The notes beneath the pieces are model-generated. The model ran no database searches, was not told the DNA's origin, and worked only from the letters and a program-made list of their open reading frames with translations. A stretch of 63,645 nucleotides of DNA, counting the filler, from Globobulimina sp. (lineage: Eukaryota), in assembly GCA_003354225.1 (NCBI GenBank). It is 42 parts of 42 records of this genome, joined end to end, with 100 filler letters (N's around TTAATTAATTAA, not from the genome) between each part and the next. Parts side by side here need not be neighbours in the genome. Positions count along the whole stretch, not along the records: positions 22,780 to 24,197 come from PIVH01016993.1; positions 24,298 to 25,715 come from PIVH01016994.1; positions 25,816 to 27,233 come from PIVH01016995.1; positions 27,334 to 28,751 come from PIVH01016996.1; positions 28,852 to 30,269 come from PIVH01016997.1; positions 30,370 to 31,787 come from PIVH01016998.1; positions 31,888 to 33,305 come from PIVH01016999.1; positions 33,406 to 34,822 come from PIVH01017000.1; 34 more parts are not named here. One strand, given 5' to 3'. Made by a program: the position numbers and the translations under genes. The number at the start of each line of letters is the position of its first letter. Positions within the stretch are counted from its first letter, which is position 1. Below are positions 23,315-35,592 of this stretch, piece by piece.

Positions 23315-23356
23315 CTAGCACTTCGTGCTCGTGCCTGGCTCGCTTCGCTCGCCAGG
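23315..23356 (-). mobile_element. Helitron-like 3' terminus
   Basis: Minus strand reads cctggcgagcgaagcgagccagg (hairpin), 15 nt, then CTAG followed by T; a GC island in AT-rich DNA. Confidence 0.5.
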
Positions 23357-23556
23357 AAAAAAAAATCAATGGTGTATAAATTTGGTCATACATACCGGTG
23401 TGATCATAAATATAATCATACATTCCAATAGTCATACATAAAACTTGTACATGTTACAATTTATGAATACAATTTAGTGGAAAAGTTCCTCCATACTTTT
23501 GTAGTCAGACAATGATCATACATTTATGATTCTTCCTCTTATAGGAGTTAACCCTG

Positions 23557-23997
23557 TAAGTCATGGATGATTTATAATATCTCTTTACAGTAAATGATTG
23601 CAAACAAATTACAGTCACAAAAGTTTGAGAAATAAATTATTCGTTTGTAATGAATGACCATATTAATAACCAAACCACTCAAATCAAGACAAACTGTAAC
23701 AATGAAAAAGAATTTGCTCAGTTTGGTGTACGGCCTGCCTTCAAATCAAAACATGTGCGATTACAATGGACATGGTTTCTGTCAATGGAATATCATCAAA
23801 CATTGTTCAATTCTTTCATCGATGATACACTTAATACATCGCAATTAAATACCAAACAGCTGCAAATCGCCAACTGATACCACTATTTATGGCAGAAATA
23901 GCATCATCGATGACTTAACATTTCTCAAACATTTTGTGACTGTAATTTGTTTGCAATCATTTACTGTAAAGAGATATTATAAATCATCCATGACTTA
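23557..23997. repeat. 77/78-nt near-perfect inverted repeat pair
   Basis: 23557-23633 is the reverse complement of 23920-23997 except for one inserted base. Confidence 0.92.
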
Positions 23998-24444
23998 ACT
24001 TTAATGAACAATATGAACATCTGAGAGTTTTTTAATTCTTTTTTTAATACATACTACAGATATTCAAGCGTTTGCATTTACGGATATGAATGCAAATGAA
24101 TATGACTTAGAAACACAATTCAATCAATTTTACAATTACAGAAGGGATATTTATGAAAAACTGAAACAAATTAAAACCAATGTTGATCGTTCTAATGNNN
24201 NNNNNNNNNNNNNNNNNNNNNNNNNNNNNNNNNNNNNNNNNTTAATTAATTAANNNNNNNNNNNNNNNNNNNNNNNNNNNNNNNNNNNNNNNNNNNNCAT
24301 TAAAAGTCAAAAACTTCAAAAACTTCACCATATCAACACTTGCATTACACCGCTGTTTTCCGTTTCCATCAATTAACCACATATTATTCAAAAATTCCAA
24401 TCACGACAAATTGCAAAAAGATCACAGCCGTGATTATCACACAA

Positions 24445-25715
24445 ATGCTGAACGTGATGTGTGAAGCTATCAAATGTGTCATAATAGCAATTATTTGCGT
24501 TTGTCTACAATCTGCATATTCAGTGTGTGATTTGGAATCTGCCAAAAGTTTGGGATTCGACATAATAAATTCAGCCGCACAACACGATTGGCTTCGAATG
24601 GGCACTAATTTTTATGGCTTTATGGAAGAGTGTCGACAGTCGGTAGAGCCCATTTGTTATTCAGAATACGACATTACAATCAACAGCGAGTGGTCGCATT
24701 TACCAGACTTGGGTACCACAAAGGGATGGACTGTCCAAATGGCCGGGCATTTGCAGGATGAATGCAGTCAAAAAGAAGATATAACCGAACAGCAACAGTG
24801 TATTAACGATATACTAGACACCGAAGGCTGTTATGTGGCGTGGACCGGAGGCTTCAACAAAGGCAAAACAACGCGGTTGAGCTACAACATAGGATTCAAT
24901 TTCCCCGCCGGCTATGGCAAAGATGGCGAAACCAAAGGATTCAATTTTATATTGCCACGTGACGGCACCAACGTGATTCATATCGATTTACAGGGCACGT
25001 CATCGAGTGTGGCACCCGTCGACTTGCGGAATATATTCATGACTGATCAGTTTGTGTACGAAATATTGCCCGACTTGGCAGACATTGTCATCATTGTTGT
25101 AGATATATTGACTAATATTGAACAGGTCGCAATCAATGAGTTGATGGATAGGATCATATCGTTCACCACAGCCAATCACCCGAAAGAATTAATTGTTTTG
25201 CATAATTTCAAGACATTGTCCACTATAAAAGACGTCGAGCAGTTCATTGACAAGGACATAATGATCGCATTTCCCGCAGCAGAGCCTGTTACGAAACAAA
25301 ATGGTGACTTGGCATATTACAAAAGTCAGTATAAAGGCTATCCGATTTATCACTATGTTTTTGCTATGGAACACACGGAAGCGGGGCAACATTATAACGC
25401 CAGGTCGAATCAGTGGCTATCTCAACATACCAATGATATGAGATGCAATTCTCGCGAAGTCAACGTGTTAGAACATTTCATGGAGAAATTAGAGCGGGTA
25501 TTAAGGGAATACTTTTACAGTCAAAACCCAACGGCGGAGGTGTTAATATTAGGCACTTTTGATAAATGGGCGTCCAAATCCATGGTATTGCGGTGGATGG
25601 GGAACACAATGGACGCTATTTCTGGCGCAGCCTCTGCTGTGACCAATTTATTTGGAATGTCAATGTGGTCCTACGGTGATGGGGAGGCACCGAAAGACGA
25701 TGGAATGCCAAGGAT
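24445..25715 (+). CDS. P-loop GTPase-like protein with N-terminal signal peptide (3' partial)
   Basis: G1 GGFNKGKTT, G2 ETKG, G3 IDLQG, LIVLHNFK; hydrophobic leader CVIIAIICVCLQSAYS. Confidence 0.75.
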
Positions 25716-25969
25716 NNNNNNNNNNNNNNNNNNNNNNNNNNNNNNNNNNNNNNNNNNNNTTAATTAATTAANNNNNNNNNNNNNNNNNNNNNNNNNNNNN
25801 NNNNNNNNNNNNNNNATGGGTTTTGGCCTCAATTGTAAATGTATAAAGTTTGATCAATACATATGAGTTTTGATATTTCTGACGATCAACATCTTATTTT
25901 TTGTTTTTGATTTGTGTACAATGGTAAAAATCTCTTTTAAGTACACTAACTAGAAAATTTATTCGAAAC

Positions 25970-27233
25970 ATGGATTACTCCTCAAAAATTCGAATGAAAC
26001 AATTCCAACACATTGCAAACACATTCAACCAGCAACAATTTGCTGATGTAACATTTCTTATTGGCACTGATCACAAAGAATTCAGAGTAAATCGAATATT
26101 TTTAGCATCAATCAGTAAAGTATTTGCTGCGATGTTATTTGGTCAAATGCAAGAAAGTAAATCAAATGCAACGATAATAATTAATGATATCGATGCAGAT
26201 TCGTTCCAATCGGTGTTAAATTACGCATATTGCAAAAATCCAAACATTACAGTCGATAATGTTGCATCAATAAAATATATTTGTCGAAAATATCAAATTT
26301 CTGCATTATCTGAAATATGCAATACATATTTTAAACAGTGTTTAAAGCAACAAAATGTCTGTTTATTATTAAATCACGCAGTAAATAATAGATTGGATGG
26401 ATATGTAACAATATGTCAAAATATCCGATGGAACGCAGCCAAAACTGTCAAATCCAATGGATTTTTGCAAATGGGATTGCCAGCAATGCAAATATTTTTG
26501 CAATCGGATTTTTTATGTATTAAAGAAGAGCGTTTATGGGAAGCTGTATTAAAATGGATAGATCACAGTACAAATGATGATGACATCCGATTAGATTTAT
26601 TAAAAAGTTTATGTCCATTCATTCGTTTCGGATTGATGCATGACACATTTTTTGTAAACCATGTACAAACTTTGAATGTGGCAAAACATTTTATAATTAA
26701 ATGTAGCAACACATTTAAACAACGGCGAGTTTCTACAGAATTTATATCCATAAAAAGAGGCAGACGACATCGTCCGAAGCTTTTTCCAGTGGTTTGGCAA
26801 TACGATGGAGAGGAATATGATGCAATTTGTATAACATCCAATCAAGAAATTGAATTAATAGGAATAGGGATTTTTGTTTGTGACGGACAAGTAAATGTTA
26901 CTTGTACCATATTTAGAGGTGATAACATTGAGAATAATAATATTATTCATGAAGAAGCAAAAATATTTAATGTTGAGAATGTGTCGATAGAATCATGGAA
27001 AACAGTTAAATTTGAGTTAGAAGACTCTGTCGTGATTAAGAAAAATATAAAATATACAATTCAAATTAGGCAATGTAACACTAATGAGTACATGGAGGAA
27101 TATGTGGATATATTGATAAGGGGAAAGAATCTGTTACATCGAATGGACTCACAATACAATTTTCTGAGGCAAGGCACAGTAATAATGGTCCTAATGTGCG
27201 GGAGGGCGCAATTCCGAAATTATATTTTGAAAG
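25970..27233 (+). pseudogene. BTB-BACK-PHR protein (BTBD1/2/6-like), frameshifted near 27090
   Basis: ADVTFLIG..FLASISKVFAAMLFG (BTB), EERLWEAVLKW (BACK), DAICITSNQEIELIGIGIF (PHR); the PHR end NNGPNVREGAIPKLYF is in another frame. Confidence 0.8.
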
Positions 27234-27333
27234 NNNNNNNNNNNNNNNNNNNNNNNNNNNNNNNNNNNNNNNNNNNNTTAATTAATTAANNNNNNNNNNN
27301 NNNNNNNNNNNNNNNNNNNNNNNNNNNNNNNNN

Positions 27334-27732
27334 AAAAAAAATATTATAAAAGCACAAAGCAAGCAAAGCTTAACAAAATATGAATTATTTTTTATTATGT
27401 TGGCTATTTCTGGTTTTTTATTAAGAGTTTGGTGTAAACAATTATTAGGTCGACATTATACATATCAAATTACTGTATATAAAGATCATGAAGTTATGGA
27501 TGGCGGACCATACGCAGTTATCCGTCATCCGGGAATGGGCGGCATATTACTCAATTGGTTGGGAATAGTGGGATGGACAAATCATTGGTATGGATGGGCA
27601 TTGTATCTATTGCTATTAAGAGATACTTACTATCATACACTATCTGAAGAAAAGGAATTTAAGAAAAATTTACCACAATATTCTGCTTATATGGAACGTG
27701 TTTCCTCAAGATTTATTCCATTTTTATGGTAA
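27334..27732 (+). CDS. Isoprenylcysteine carboxyl methyltransferase family protein (5' partial)
   Basis: LRVWCKQLLGRHYT, HEVMDGGPYAVIRHPG, EEKE..YSAYMERVSSRFIPF. Confidence 0.88.
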   Translation, partial: KKNIIKAQSKQSLTKYELFFIMLAISGFLLRVWCKQLLGRHYTYQITVYKDHEVMDGGPYAVIRHPGMGGILLNWLGIVGWTNHWYGWALYLLLLRDTYYHTLSEEKEFKKNLPQYSAYMERVSSRFIPFLW

Positions 27733-27824
27733 AAACCTTCTTTCTTTGATTTGTTGTTAATATCATTAATTTAAATTTATTGGTTCGCATTATTTATTTT
27801 CTTGTAAATATTAAATAGCTGCAC

Positions 27825-28550
27825 TTAATTGTTGTTGCATGAGTAGGATAAGAGAAACTCTTTAATTTGATTCCAATTATACACTCGTTTCACGTTTGGT
27901 GCAATTTGTTTTTTTGTTTTATTCCATCCGTACTGTCCATTCCAATCAAATAATAAAACATAATCTAGCGTGGAATGTGATTGCTTTGCGTAATATGATG
28001 AATCATCAATTAATATTCTTGCATTTAATTGTTTGCATAATTGAGGTTTTGATATTTTCCTTCCTTTTAAACCAAAATGATTTCCAAATACAATTTCATC
28101 AAAGACATTTGGAAAATATTTATTCACCCATTTGTGTGTAATTTCTTTTGTTATCAATTGTCGTGATGTGCAAATTACGAACTTATATTTTGATTTTAAG
28201 TCTGATAATACTCGATAGGCATTCTCAATTGATTTCATTTCATCAATATTTGTAAAATATTTTGATGATAAAAAGTCTTGAACAATTTTTGTAGTTTCTT
28301 CTTGTGCGCCTCCCCAAACATCATGAAATAAATAACTGTTAAAATCGGATACTTTGTATTGTTTATCTCCAAATATTTTATTATCATTAACATATCGCAA
28401 CATTAATTCTATAAACTGACAAAGACATTCATCTAAATCCACTGCAATTACTGGTTTCATACAATTACAATTATACCATCTATAGCCAATGTAGGAAGCA
28501 ACTACAACTGAACATAATTTTGTTACTTTTGAAGAGATTTGTGCGGACAT
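27825..28550 (-). CDS. 5'(3')-deoxyribonucleotidase NT5C-like HAD hydrolase
   Basis: VIAVDLDECL (motif I), ICTSRQ, FGNHFG, SKPQLC..ILIDDS. Confidence 0.9.
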   Translation of the reverse strand: MSAQISSKVTKLCSVVVASYIGYRWYNCNCMKPVIAVDLDECLCQFIELMLRYVNDNKIFGDKQYKVSDFNSYLFHDVWGGAQEETTKIVQDFLSSKYFTNIDEMKSIENAYRVLSDLKSKYKFVICTSRQLITKEITHKWVNKYFPNVFDEIVFGNHFGLKGRKISKPQLCKQLNARILIDDSSYYAKQSHSTLDYVLLFDWNGQYGWNKTKKQIAPNVKRVYNWNQIKEFLLSYSCNNN

Positions 28551-28851
28551 TAGACTCTAGATTTGTGCTCAAGAAGATTTAAATAATGGCTTGAGCAAAA
28601 AAACAACCCAAAACTATCATGCTGTCATCACAAAAAGCTAGAATTATAATTTATAAGTTAATGTATATACAAAAAACAATATCAACTTGATTTAATCGAC
28701 CGACGTAATATAGTTATCAGGGCTTAGCATCTTTTTTTATTCCTTCTTTGANNNNNNNNNNNNNNNNNNNNNNNNNNNNNNNNNNNNNNNNNNNNTTAAT
28801 TAATTAANNNNNNNNNNNNNNNNNNNNNNNNNNNNNNNNNNNNNNNNNNNN

Positions 28852-29493
28852 TTGTAAATTATGATCCTCATCTTTAATTAATTTCAAATTTATTAATCTT
28901 TTTTCAAATGCATCTGGCCTCATTATATTCGGTTTATAATCAATTGATTTATGTGACGGAAATGCCACATCGCCATAAATAAAACTTGTCATATCTTTAA
29001 TTGGAAAAATACCGTTTTTCTTCTGAACATGTTGTGATACACTGTTGGATAAATATGACGTGGTACGTAATCTTATCAAGTCTGGATATGTCTTCTTAAT
29101 CGTTTCATGTGTCCATGCCAAGAAAGGCGACCACAATCTTTTTCCTCTGTGTTTTGAATGAACCCGCGCTCCCACACTCATTCCAGTTTTTCCGCCGTCA
29201 ATTACTTTTACAATATTGGTGGCAATAATTTTTGATTCAGGCAAATATTCAAGTCCAAAAAACAATATATTGCCGGTTTTATGACTTTGATCGCGTAGCC
29301 ATTCATGAAATGATGAAGGTATAAAATCGTTTCCATCATAAATCTCCTCACATAATTCTAGTATTGCAGAATAATCAGATTCTTTCACCAGTCTACATTC
29401 ATAATCTTTTACTGTTGCAAAATTTGGTGCGGATGTGATAGATGCAATGGGAGGCTGTAAATGATTCAATATAACATTTATACGATGCGCCAT
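28852..29493 (-). CDS. GNAT N-acetyltransferase (NAT16-like) with PTS2 signal (3' partial)
   Basis: EIYDGNDFIPSSFHEWL, VIDGGKTG, GARVHSKHRGKRL; N-terminal RINVILNHL. Confidence 0.8.
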
Positions 29494-30446
29494 GACAAAT
29501 TGAGTTTTTTATAGCTAGTTCACTTGGGCTCAAAAAAACATGTACAAATTAAAACATGTACACATTTGGTTCACTTTTTATTTTTTCAACCAAATGTACT
29601 TGTTCGTGGTATCTAGTCATTGTCATGGAGTTGAAGCAATAAATTATCAATTAATTCAAAGACTTGTTCATTTATAATTGGATGTTGTCCATATTCAATG
29701 ACCTCACTTAATTGAATAGAAAGAGATTGCCTTAATTCATATGGATTATTTGTTTGTTGATCAATCAATTGTTTCAATTTTAACTTACCAATTTGATGTG
29801 AATTAGCTTTTACAGTTTTACTCAAAAAATATTTAGTTACTCCGTTGAAAAAAAAAAGCTGCTGGATTTACTGCTAAAAATATATTTAAAGTCCATGCAC
29901 AAATTAGTTCAACATCTGACTCAACCCATTAACGCATCTTTTTTTCTGCAATGACAATAACATCAAATCCTTGACATAATTGTTTCAGTCTGGAATTATT
30001 CTTCAAACAAAAAATATATTTTTCCGCGTTATAATGTTGTATCGTATAATATTATGTATACAACATTATAACTAAAAACATATGTTTTCTGTTTGAGTTC
30101 TATATACCTCCACTAATGTGTCATCCACGAAAAACCAAAATCGCAATCCACATTTAGGATCAATAAGCATGTCTGGATATATTCGATTTTTCCATTCTTG
30201 ATACATTTTAACAATCATAAATAATATATTTTCTTCATTATCTGCTTGATTTACAGCATATATATGTGTNNNNNNNNNNNNNNNNNNNNNNNNNNNNNNN
30301 NNNNNNNNNNNNNTTAATTAATTAANNNNNNNNNNNNNNNNNNNNNNNNNNNNNNNNNNNNNNNNNNNNAAGATATAAGCTGTTTTTGAATTACAGTATG
30401 GACGGACAAGTTGTATACACAACAAAAAACGATAAAAGTAATTAAA

Positions 30447-31786
30447 TTATGTGAATTTCATAGCATACTTATAAGTGATAATCGCAGAACATATCATGAA
30501 GACAAACACAATGCAAAAGCCATAATGATCATTTGTAAATATTTGCTCATCATCGCTCGGTTCATATTGAAAGGGTACTTTGCAATTCATACCCCACAAA
30601 CCAGCAAAAAACGACAACGGCAAAAATATACTACCGACAGCAGTCAATCTTCCTGCACTATCACTCAATTGATTGGATTGCACTGCCATCTCAACCGATA
30701 TTTTCGCAATGAATATATTCTGGCACGATACTAACGTGGATTCTCCCAATGATAAAAGGTCCACCATTCTGGCCACATGGTCATTAATATCATTCCAATA
30801 TTGTTGTTGCACACCGCTTAAAAACGTTTTCCGCCAATCAGTATTTATAAAATTATGCGCCATCGTACTTTTGGGCCATAACCTTTTTCAATTTTAAAAA
30901 CATTGTATTCAAACCCCATTCTGTAAAAAAAAAAGATTGAAACACACCGTGATCTATAAACCATTATCCAATTCCTTGCAATTTGTAATCTTTGTAACAA
31001 TTCATATTGCGAGCAACCGGACAAACCAAACACTAAATTTTCAATATTTTGCACTTCCTGCACTCTACACTCTACTTCGGGTATCATCCTATCCACAATC
31101 ACATCAATGATACAATGCGCCACCCAGCCCGGAGATGGACATTTGATGCCAAAATGCCGCTTCTCCAATCTCTCCTTGCTTTCATTGATCACAATATCAC
31201 TGGTTTTACCTAAATGATACGTGATTATCATAGTTCTAAAAACAATGATACAGATCCTTTCGGATTGTTCTTCATCATCAACTGAAGTAGTTCGAATGCA
31301 ACAAAATAAATAATTGTCAAACATTTCTAGTTTCTCTCTGCAGTCCGCCGTGATACAGTCCTCAATGGTCAGTCCATGAATGGGAGGTATCACATGTTCA
31401 GATATCATAATAAAGGTTTCTTCATCACATACAACATCCATCCAAACAGGGTTCTCTTCGCTATGATGCACGCCTTGTAGTCCTAATATTAGTTCTGTTG
31501 GGTCATAAAACATCCAGGTTCGCTGTGTAGTGACATCATCGGTTAATGATGGACTACCAATCACGGTAAATCTGCTCGTTATGACTCGCTTCAATGTCCT
31601 ACTCGTTATCAAATTGGTGCTACGGTCCTGTATGCCAATATAGTTACTATTTTCATCAAATATGCTGGCATTGGTTTTCTGTATCAATTGTATCATTGAT
31701 TGATGACTTTTACTACGGTTTGTTTTATAGGTTTTGCTGCCTTTGCTGTCATCCTCATCTTCATTTACAACTGCCTTGGCTAAAAT
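30447..31786 (-). CDS. corA: CorA-family Mg2+ transporter (spliced, 5' partial)
   Basis: IHGLTIEDC..REKLEMFDNY, IFLPLSFFAGLWGMN; intron 30947-30883 (65 nt) joins the frames. Confidence 0.92.
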
Positions 31787-31888
31787 GNNNNNNNNNNNNN
31801 NNNNNNNNNNNNNNNNNNNNNNNNNNNNNNNTTAATTAATTAANNNNNNNNNNNNNNNNNNNNNNNNNNNNNNNNNNNNNNNNNNNNT

Positions 31889-33305
31889 CAAAGTTCTTTA
31901 AATCAAAACATATCTCATGTTTTAAATTTGTTAACGCTTTCAAAATATTAATACTATGCTTATATGACATGTTTCTAAACGCCAATGATTGCAACAAAAA
32001 CATTGAGCCGCTATGCATGTAATGACTGCTTTTCTTTTGCAACAAAGTTTTAAATATTGTTCCCCATTTAATTGGAACATCATGGATTGAATAGCCATCA
32101 AATGTAAACTTTTTAGTACCAATAAAACATAAAAATAATTTCGCTAATATCTGTTGAGAATATGTTGCCCAGTCTTCTGATAAAACATTGGTTGTTTTTC
32201 TCACCAATGTCACGTTTAATTCTTGTACAGATAAACAACGGTGATCACCATCACAAAAATCAGGTTTTGTTACAAGAGTAGTAACTGAGAATGTTTTCAA
32301 ATATTTCATGTTTGCTGCAATCAAAGGAATTAAATTATGTCGATTCTCCAATTCATTCCAACGCGGACAATTTAAAGTCAATGATTGTAATTCATGGTAA
32401 TTATTAATAACAGGAAATATGATAGATTTACTTAATATGGATATTGGCGATGTGACAATCGCAGGGAAAGTAATTCCTGGTCCAAATTGAAAATGTTTTA
32501 ATTGTGGGAAGTGAGTAATTATTTTTGGTTGAATTTGCATTATCATTTGCTGCACACTCACATTTCGAGACGGTTTAAAAATATCTCTATCCCATATCAG
32601 ATTTGTGATTGGCAAACAAGGAAATTCCTCCATTACATACAATAACAAATTAAATGAAGCTGTTTTTGTCACGCCGTCGCCACTGATATAATAATTATAC
32701 GGTGGCGACCATGGCGTCATCTGTAATGTATGTAAATTTGATATATTTTGAGAAATTACTGTTTTTAACACATGTTTACATAATTTCGAATGTCTTTTTT
32801 TGGTATTTCCTAACCATTCATCGCTATCATGATATAAATAATGTAAATTAATATGTTTATAATTTGAAAGGGAATTTAAATTAATTTTATTTTTTACTAT
32901 ATTTACAAACAATTTCCTGTCAAATAATAAATAATAATGTGTCAATGCGGGATATTTTTTGTTTAAATACGTGAAATATATGCAGGTACGTTGGATTTTA
33001 CACAATTCTCTGTATGATAAATATTGAAAGAAATATGCTAAAACTTGCGGATGAATGGATAATAACGTTTTATTTGGTTTGCTTGCGTGGTTTTGTCGTA
33101 TTTTTTTAACAACTTTTTTTTTATATTTTTTGCCGTATTTGCGATTTAATTTGGATAAAATTTGTTTATCGATTGTATTGAGTGTTGAATGCTGATTATT
33201 CGCATTTAACAGTCGATTTGCAGTAGTTTCTGTGTATGAAACTGTATTATCATGTTTACGTTTTGATAATTTTGATTTTAGATATGTTTCAATTAAATGT
33301 TTTAA
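31889..33305 (-). CDS. F-box protein with LRR-like region (partial at both ends)
   Basis: Frame open across the contig; LLSIHPQVLAYFFQYLSYRELCKIQRTC is F-box-like. Confidence 0.7.
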
Positions 33306-33747
33306 NNNNNNNNNNNNNNNNNNNNNNNNNNNNNNNNNNNNNNNNNNNNTTAATTAATTAANNNNNNNNNNNNNNNNNNNNNNNNNNNNNNNNNNNNNNN
33401 NNNNNTTTATCCATTGCCGATGCCACCATCTATTATATTGATGACATTTGGTTTCATTCATAATGTGATCTACGATCACCTTATGACCTCATCGTAATAT
33501 ATATAAAAAAATAAAACTAAACTCTCAATCCATTGGTTTGACTCTGCTGCTCCGCCAATTGTTGGATTTGATGCTGCGAAATTGGCTGATTCTGCGATTC
33601 GATTTGTTGTTGTTGTTGTTTCTGCCTCTCGCAGGCGTTGAAAATCTCATTATCGATCAATCGAACTTGATCCATCTTCAATTCATTCAATAATACCATT
33701 TGTTGATATCGACCATTTGTTGATATATATATCTTCGATTATATTAT

Positions 33748-34407
33748 CTAGTCCATTGAGTAGGTATCTTCTATATAACTAGAGTTATATCCCTTTAGTT
33801 CCATATAACTCCGTATGATATCAATGGGAATGGACGGTTTTGGATTCGGCAATATCCACGTTTGTCCGAAATAATCCAATGTATCATTCACAAAATATAT
33901 TTCATAGGAATACGTATATGACCATGCGGTTGCGTTGAGTTCATACATATTATGAATACGTTGGCATGGATAGCAATCCCATAATGCATTATAACCATAA
34001 TGTTGCCACCATTCACCGGACAAAGTGGCAAACGATGTGTTGGGTTGAATATACTTTGATAATTGAGCGGGACATGTAACATTTATTGGGGGCATATCGA
34101 TGCAATTATGTTGGAATAAACATGACATAAAATCGTCAGAAATATCGTTTTCGTATGACGCGCCACATTTTAATGTGCAATTCTGGCCATGCACTTTTTG
34201 TTGTGTTGGGTCACTGTCCCATACAACTTCCATACAATAAGCACTGCACGTTTCCAATTCCATACATATTTCGTTTTGTCGACAAGCAACAAATTCTTTA
34301 TGACAATGCAATTCCATACATTCTGGGTCTCCGATTGCTTTGTGCTTTCCAAAACATATGGAAAGTACTGCGAAAAAGCAAAAACAAACACGAAAACACA
34401 GTGCCAT
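33748..34407 (-). CDS. Violaxanthin de-epoxidase-like lipocalin, secreted; C-terminus apparently truncated
   Basis: Signal peptide; Cys-rich domain CMELHCHKEFVACRQNEIC..NCTLKCGASYENDISDDFMSCLFQHNC; lipocalin start LSGEWWQHYGYNALWDCYPCQ. Confidence 0.8.
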   Translation of the reverse strand: MALCFRVCFCFFAVLSICFGKHKAIGDPECMELHCHKEFVACRQNEICMELETCSAYCMEVVWDSDPTQQKVHGQNCTLKCGASYENDISDDFMSCLFQHNCIDMPPINVTCPAQLSKYIQPNTSFATLSGEWWQHYGYNALWDCYPCQRIHNMYELNATAWSYTYSYEIYFVNDTLDYFGQTWILPNPKPSIPIDIIRSYMELKGYNSSYIEDTYSMD

Positions 34408-34924
34408 GGTCAAAGTGTTGTTGTATTACTGGCGAATGTGCGAATTTAAAAAACAACGAAGTGTTTTCTAACAGTGTACGAACGTTTAATAAAACTTGGT
34501 TTTAGGCATGGACCCAAATTAAAAATAAAAAAATTTGTTCAAGCCAACCATCATGAACCATCTAAAACAAGTATTGTTTGGGTGGAACCATATCCATATT
34601 TACCTCATGCCACGACGTATCATTATGGTAAAATCCGAACGGAAAAGTAATGATTATTCTTTGTTAAATTCTTATTCTTTACTTTTAATAAACAATCTTG
34701 CTTAAAACCATGTCTTCTTTATGCATTTATTGTAAATATAAGTTATTATGTCACAGCAAACGATTATTATCCATGTATAGAAATAGTAAAACAAAAATAA
34801 AATATCAAGATGCTGTATCTCANNNNNNNNNNNNNNNNNNNNNNNNNNNNNNNNNNNNNNNNNNNNTTAATTAATTAANNNNNNNNNNNNNNNNNNNNNN
34901 NNNNNNNNNNNNNNNNNNNNNNAA

Positions 34925-35380
34925 GCACAAAATATAAATAACAGAAGACAGCAACAGCCGAGAAATGCAAATCTGAGTAATAGCAATTATATAAATAACG
35001 TCAATAAAAGGATGATAAATAAATTTTATCACGATGCGAGTTATCAAAATTTTGACAATAATTTGGCTATTTTCATTCGTGGAATACCAAATAATATCAC
35101 ACATTCAAAGTTATGCGGACTTTTAAGAAGCAGTTTATTAAAACAATCTGCGTATACTCAACATACAGACGTTTGTATTGATTATATCGATGTTAATTAT
35201 CATAAACAGTTTGCGTTCGTTTATTGTGGAAATAAAGAGACATTAAATGTAGCATTGCAAATGGGAGAAATTAATATAAATGGCAATCTCTGTCAAATTC
35301 AAAGAAAAAGATCACATAATGGACCAAGGAAATTTTTGCCAAAAAAACGCAATGAAAACGTTCCTGGTTCATTTTGTTGA
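34925..35380 (+). CDS. RRM-domain protein (5' partial)
   Basis: RNP2 IFIRGI and RNP1-like KQFAFVYC. Confidence 0.75.
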   Translation, partial: AQNINNRRQQQPRNANLSNSNYINNVNKRMINKFYHDASYQNFDNNLAIFIRGIPNNITHSKLCGLLRSSLLKQSAYTQHTDVCIDYIDVNYHKQFAFVYCGNKETLNVALQMGEININGNLCQIQRKRSHNGPRKFLPKKRNENVPGSFC

Positions 35381-35592
35381 GAATTTAATGATGCTGGTTT
35401 TTGTTTTGATAGTTTATTTGAGTTTGTATTTAATTTAATTTTGTGTTTTAATATGAATCATATGCCGCATTGTTTTAATCCTAGTGTATAGCTCCGCTGT
35501 CTCTCTAAAATATTGAATTAATCTTTAAAACTCGACTACTTTCTACCTTAATTGATGTCACATCTTCTTTCAACGGAAAAGAAACTACATTC

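Noticed and set aside
29613-30269. Gene upstream of the NAT16-like gene
   Set aside because: Only short protein-like pieces broken by stops and frameshifts; no family assignable.
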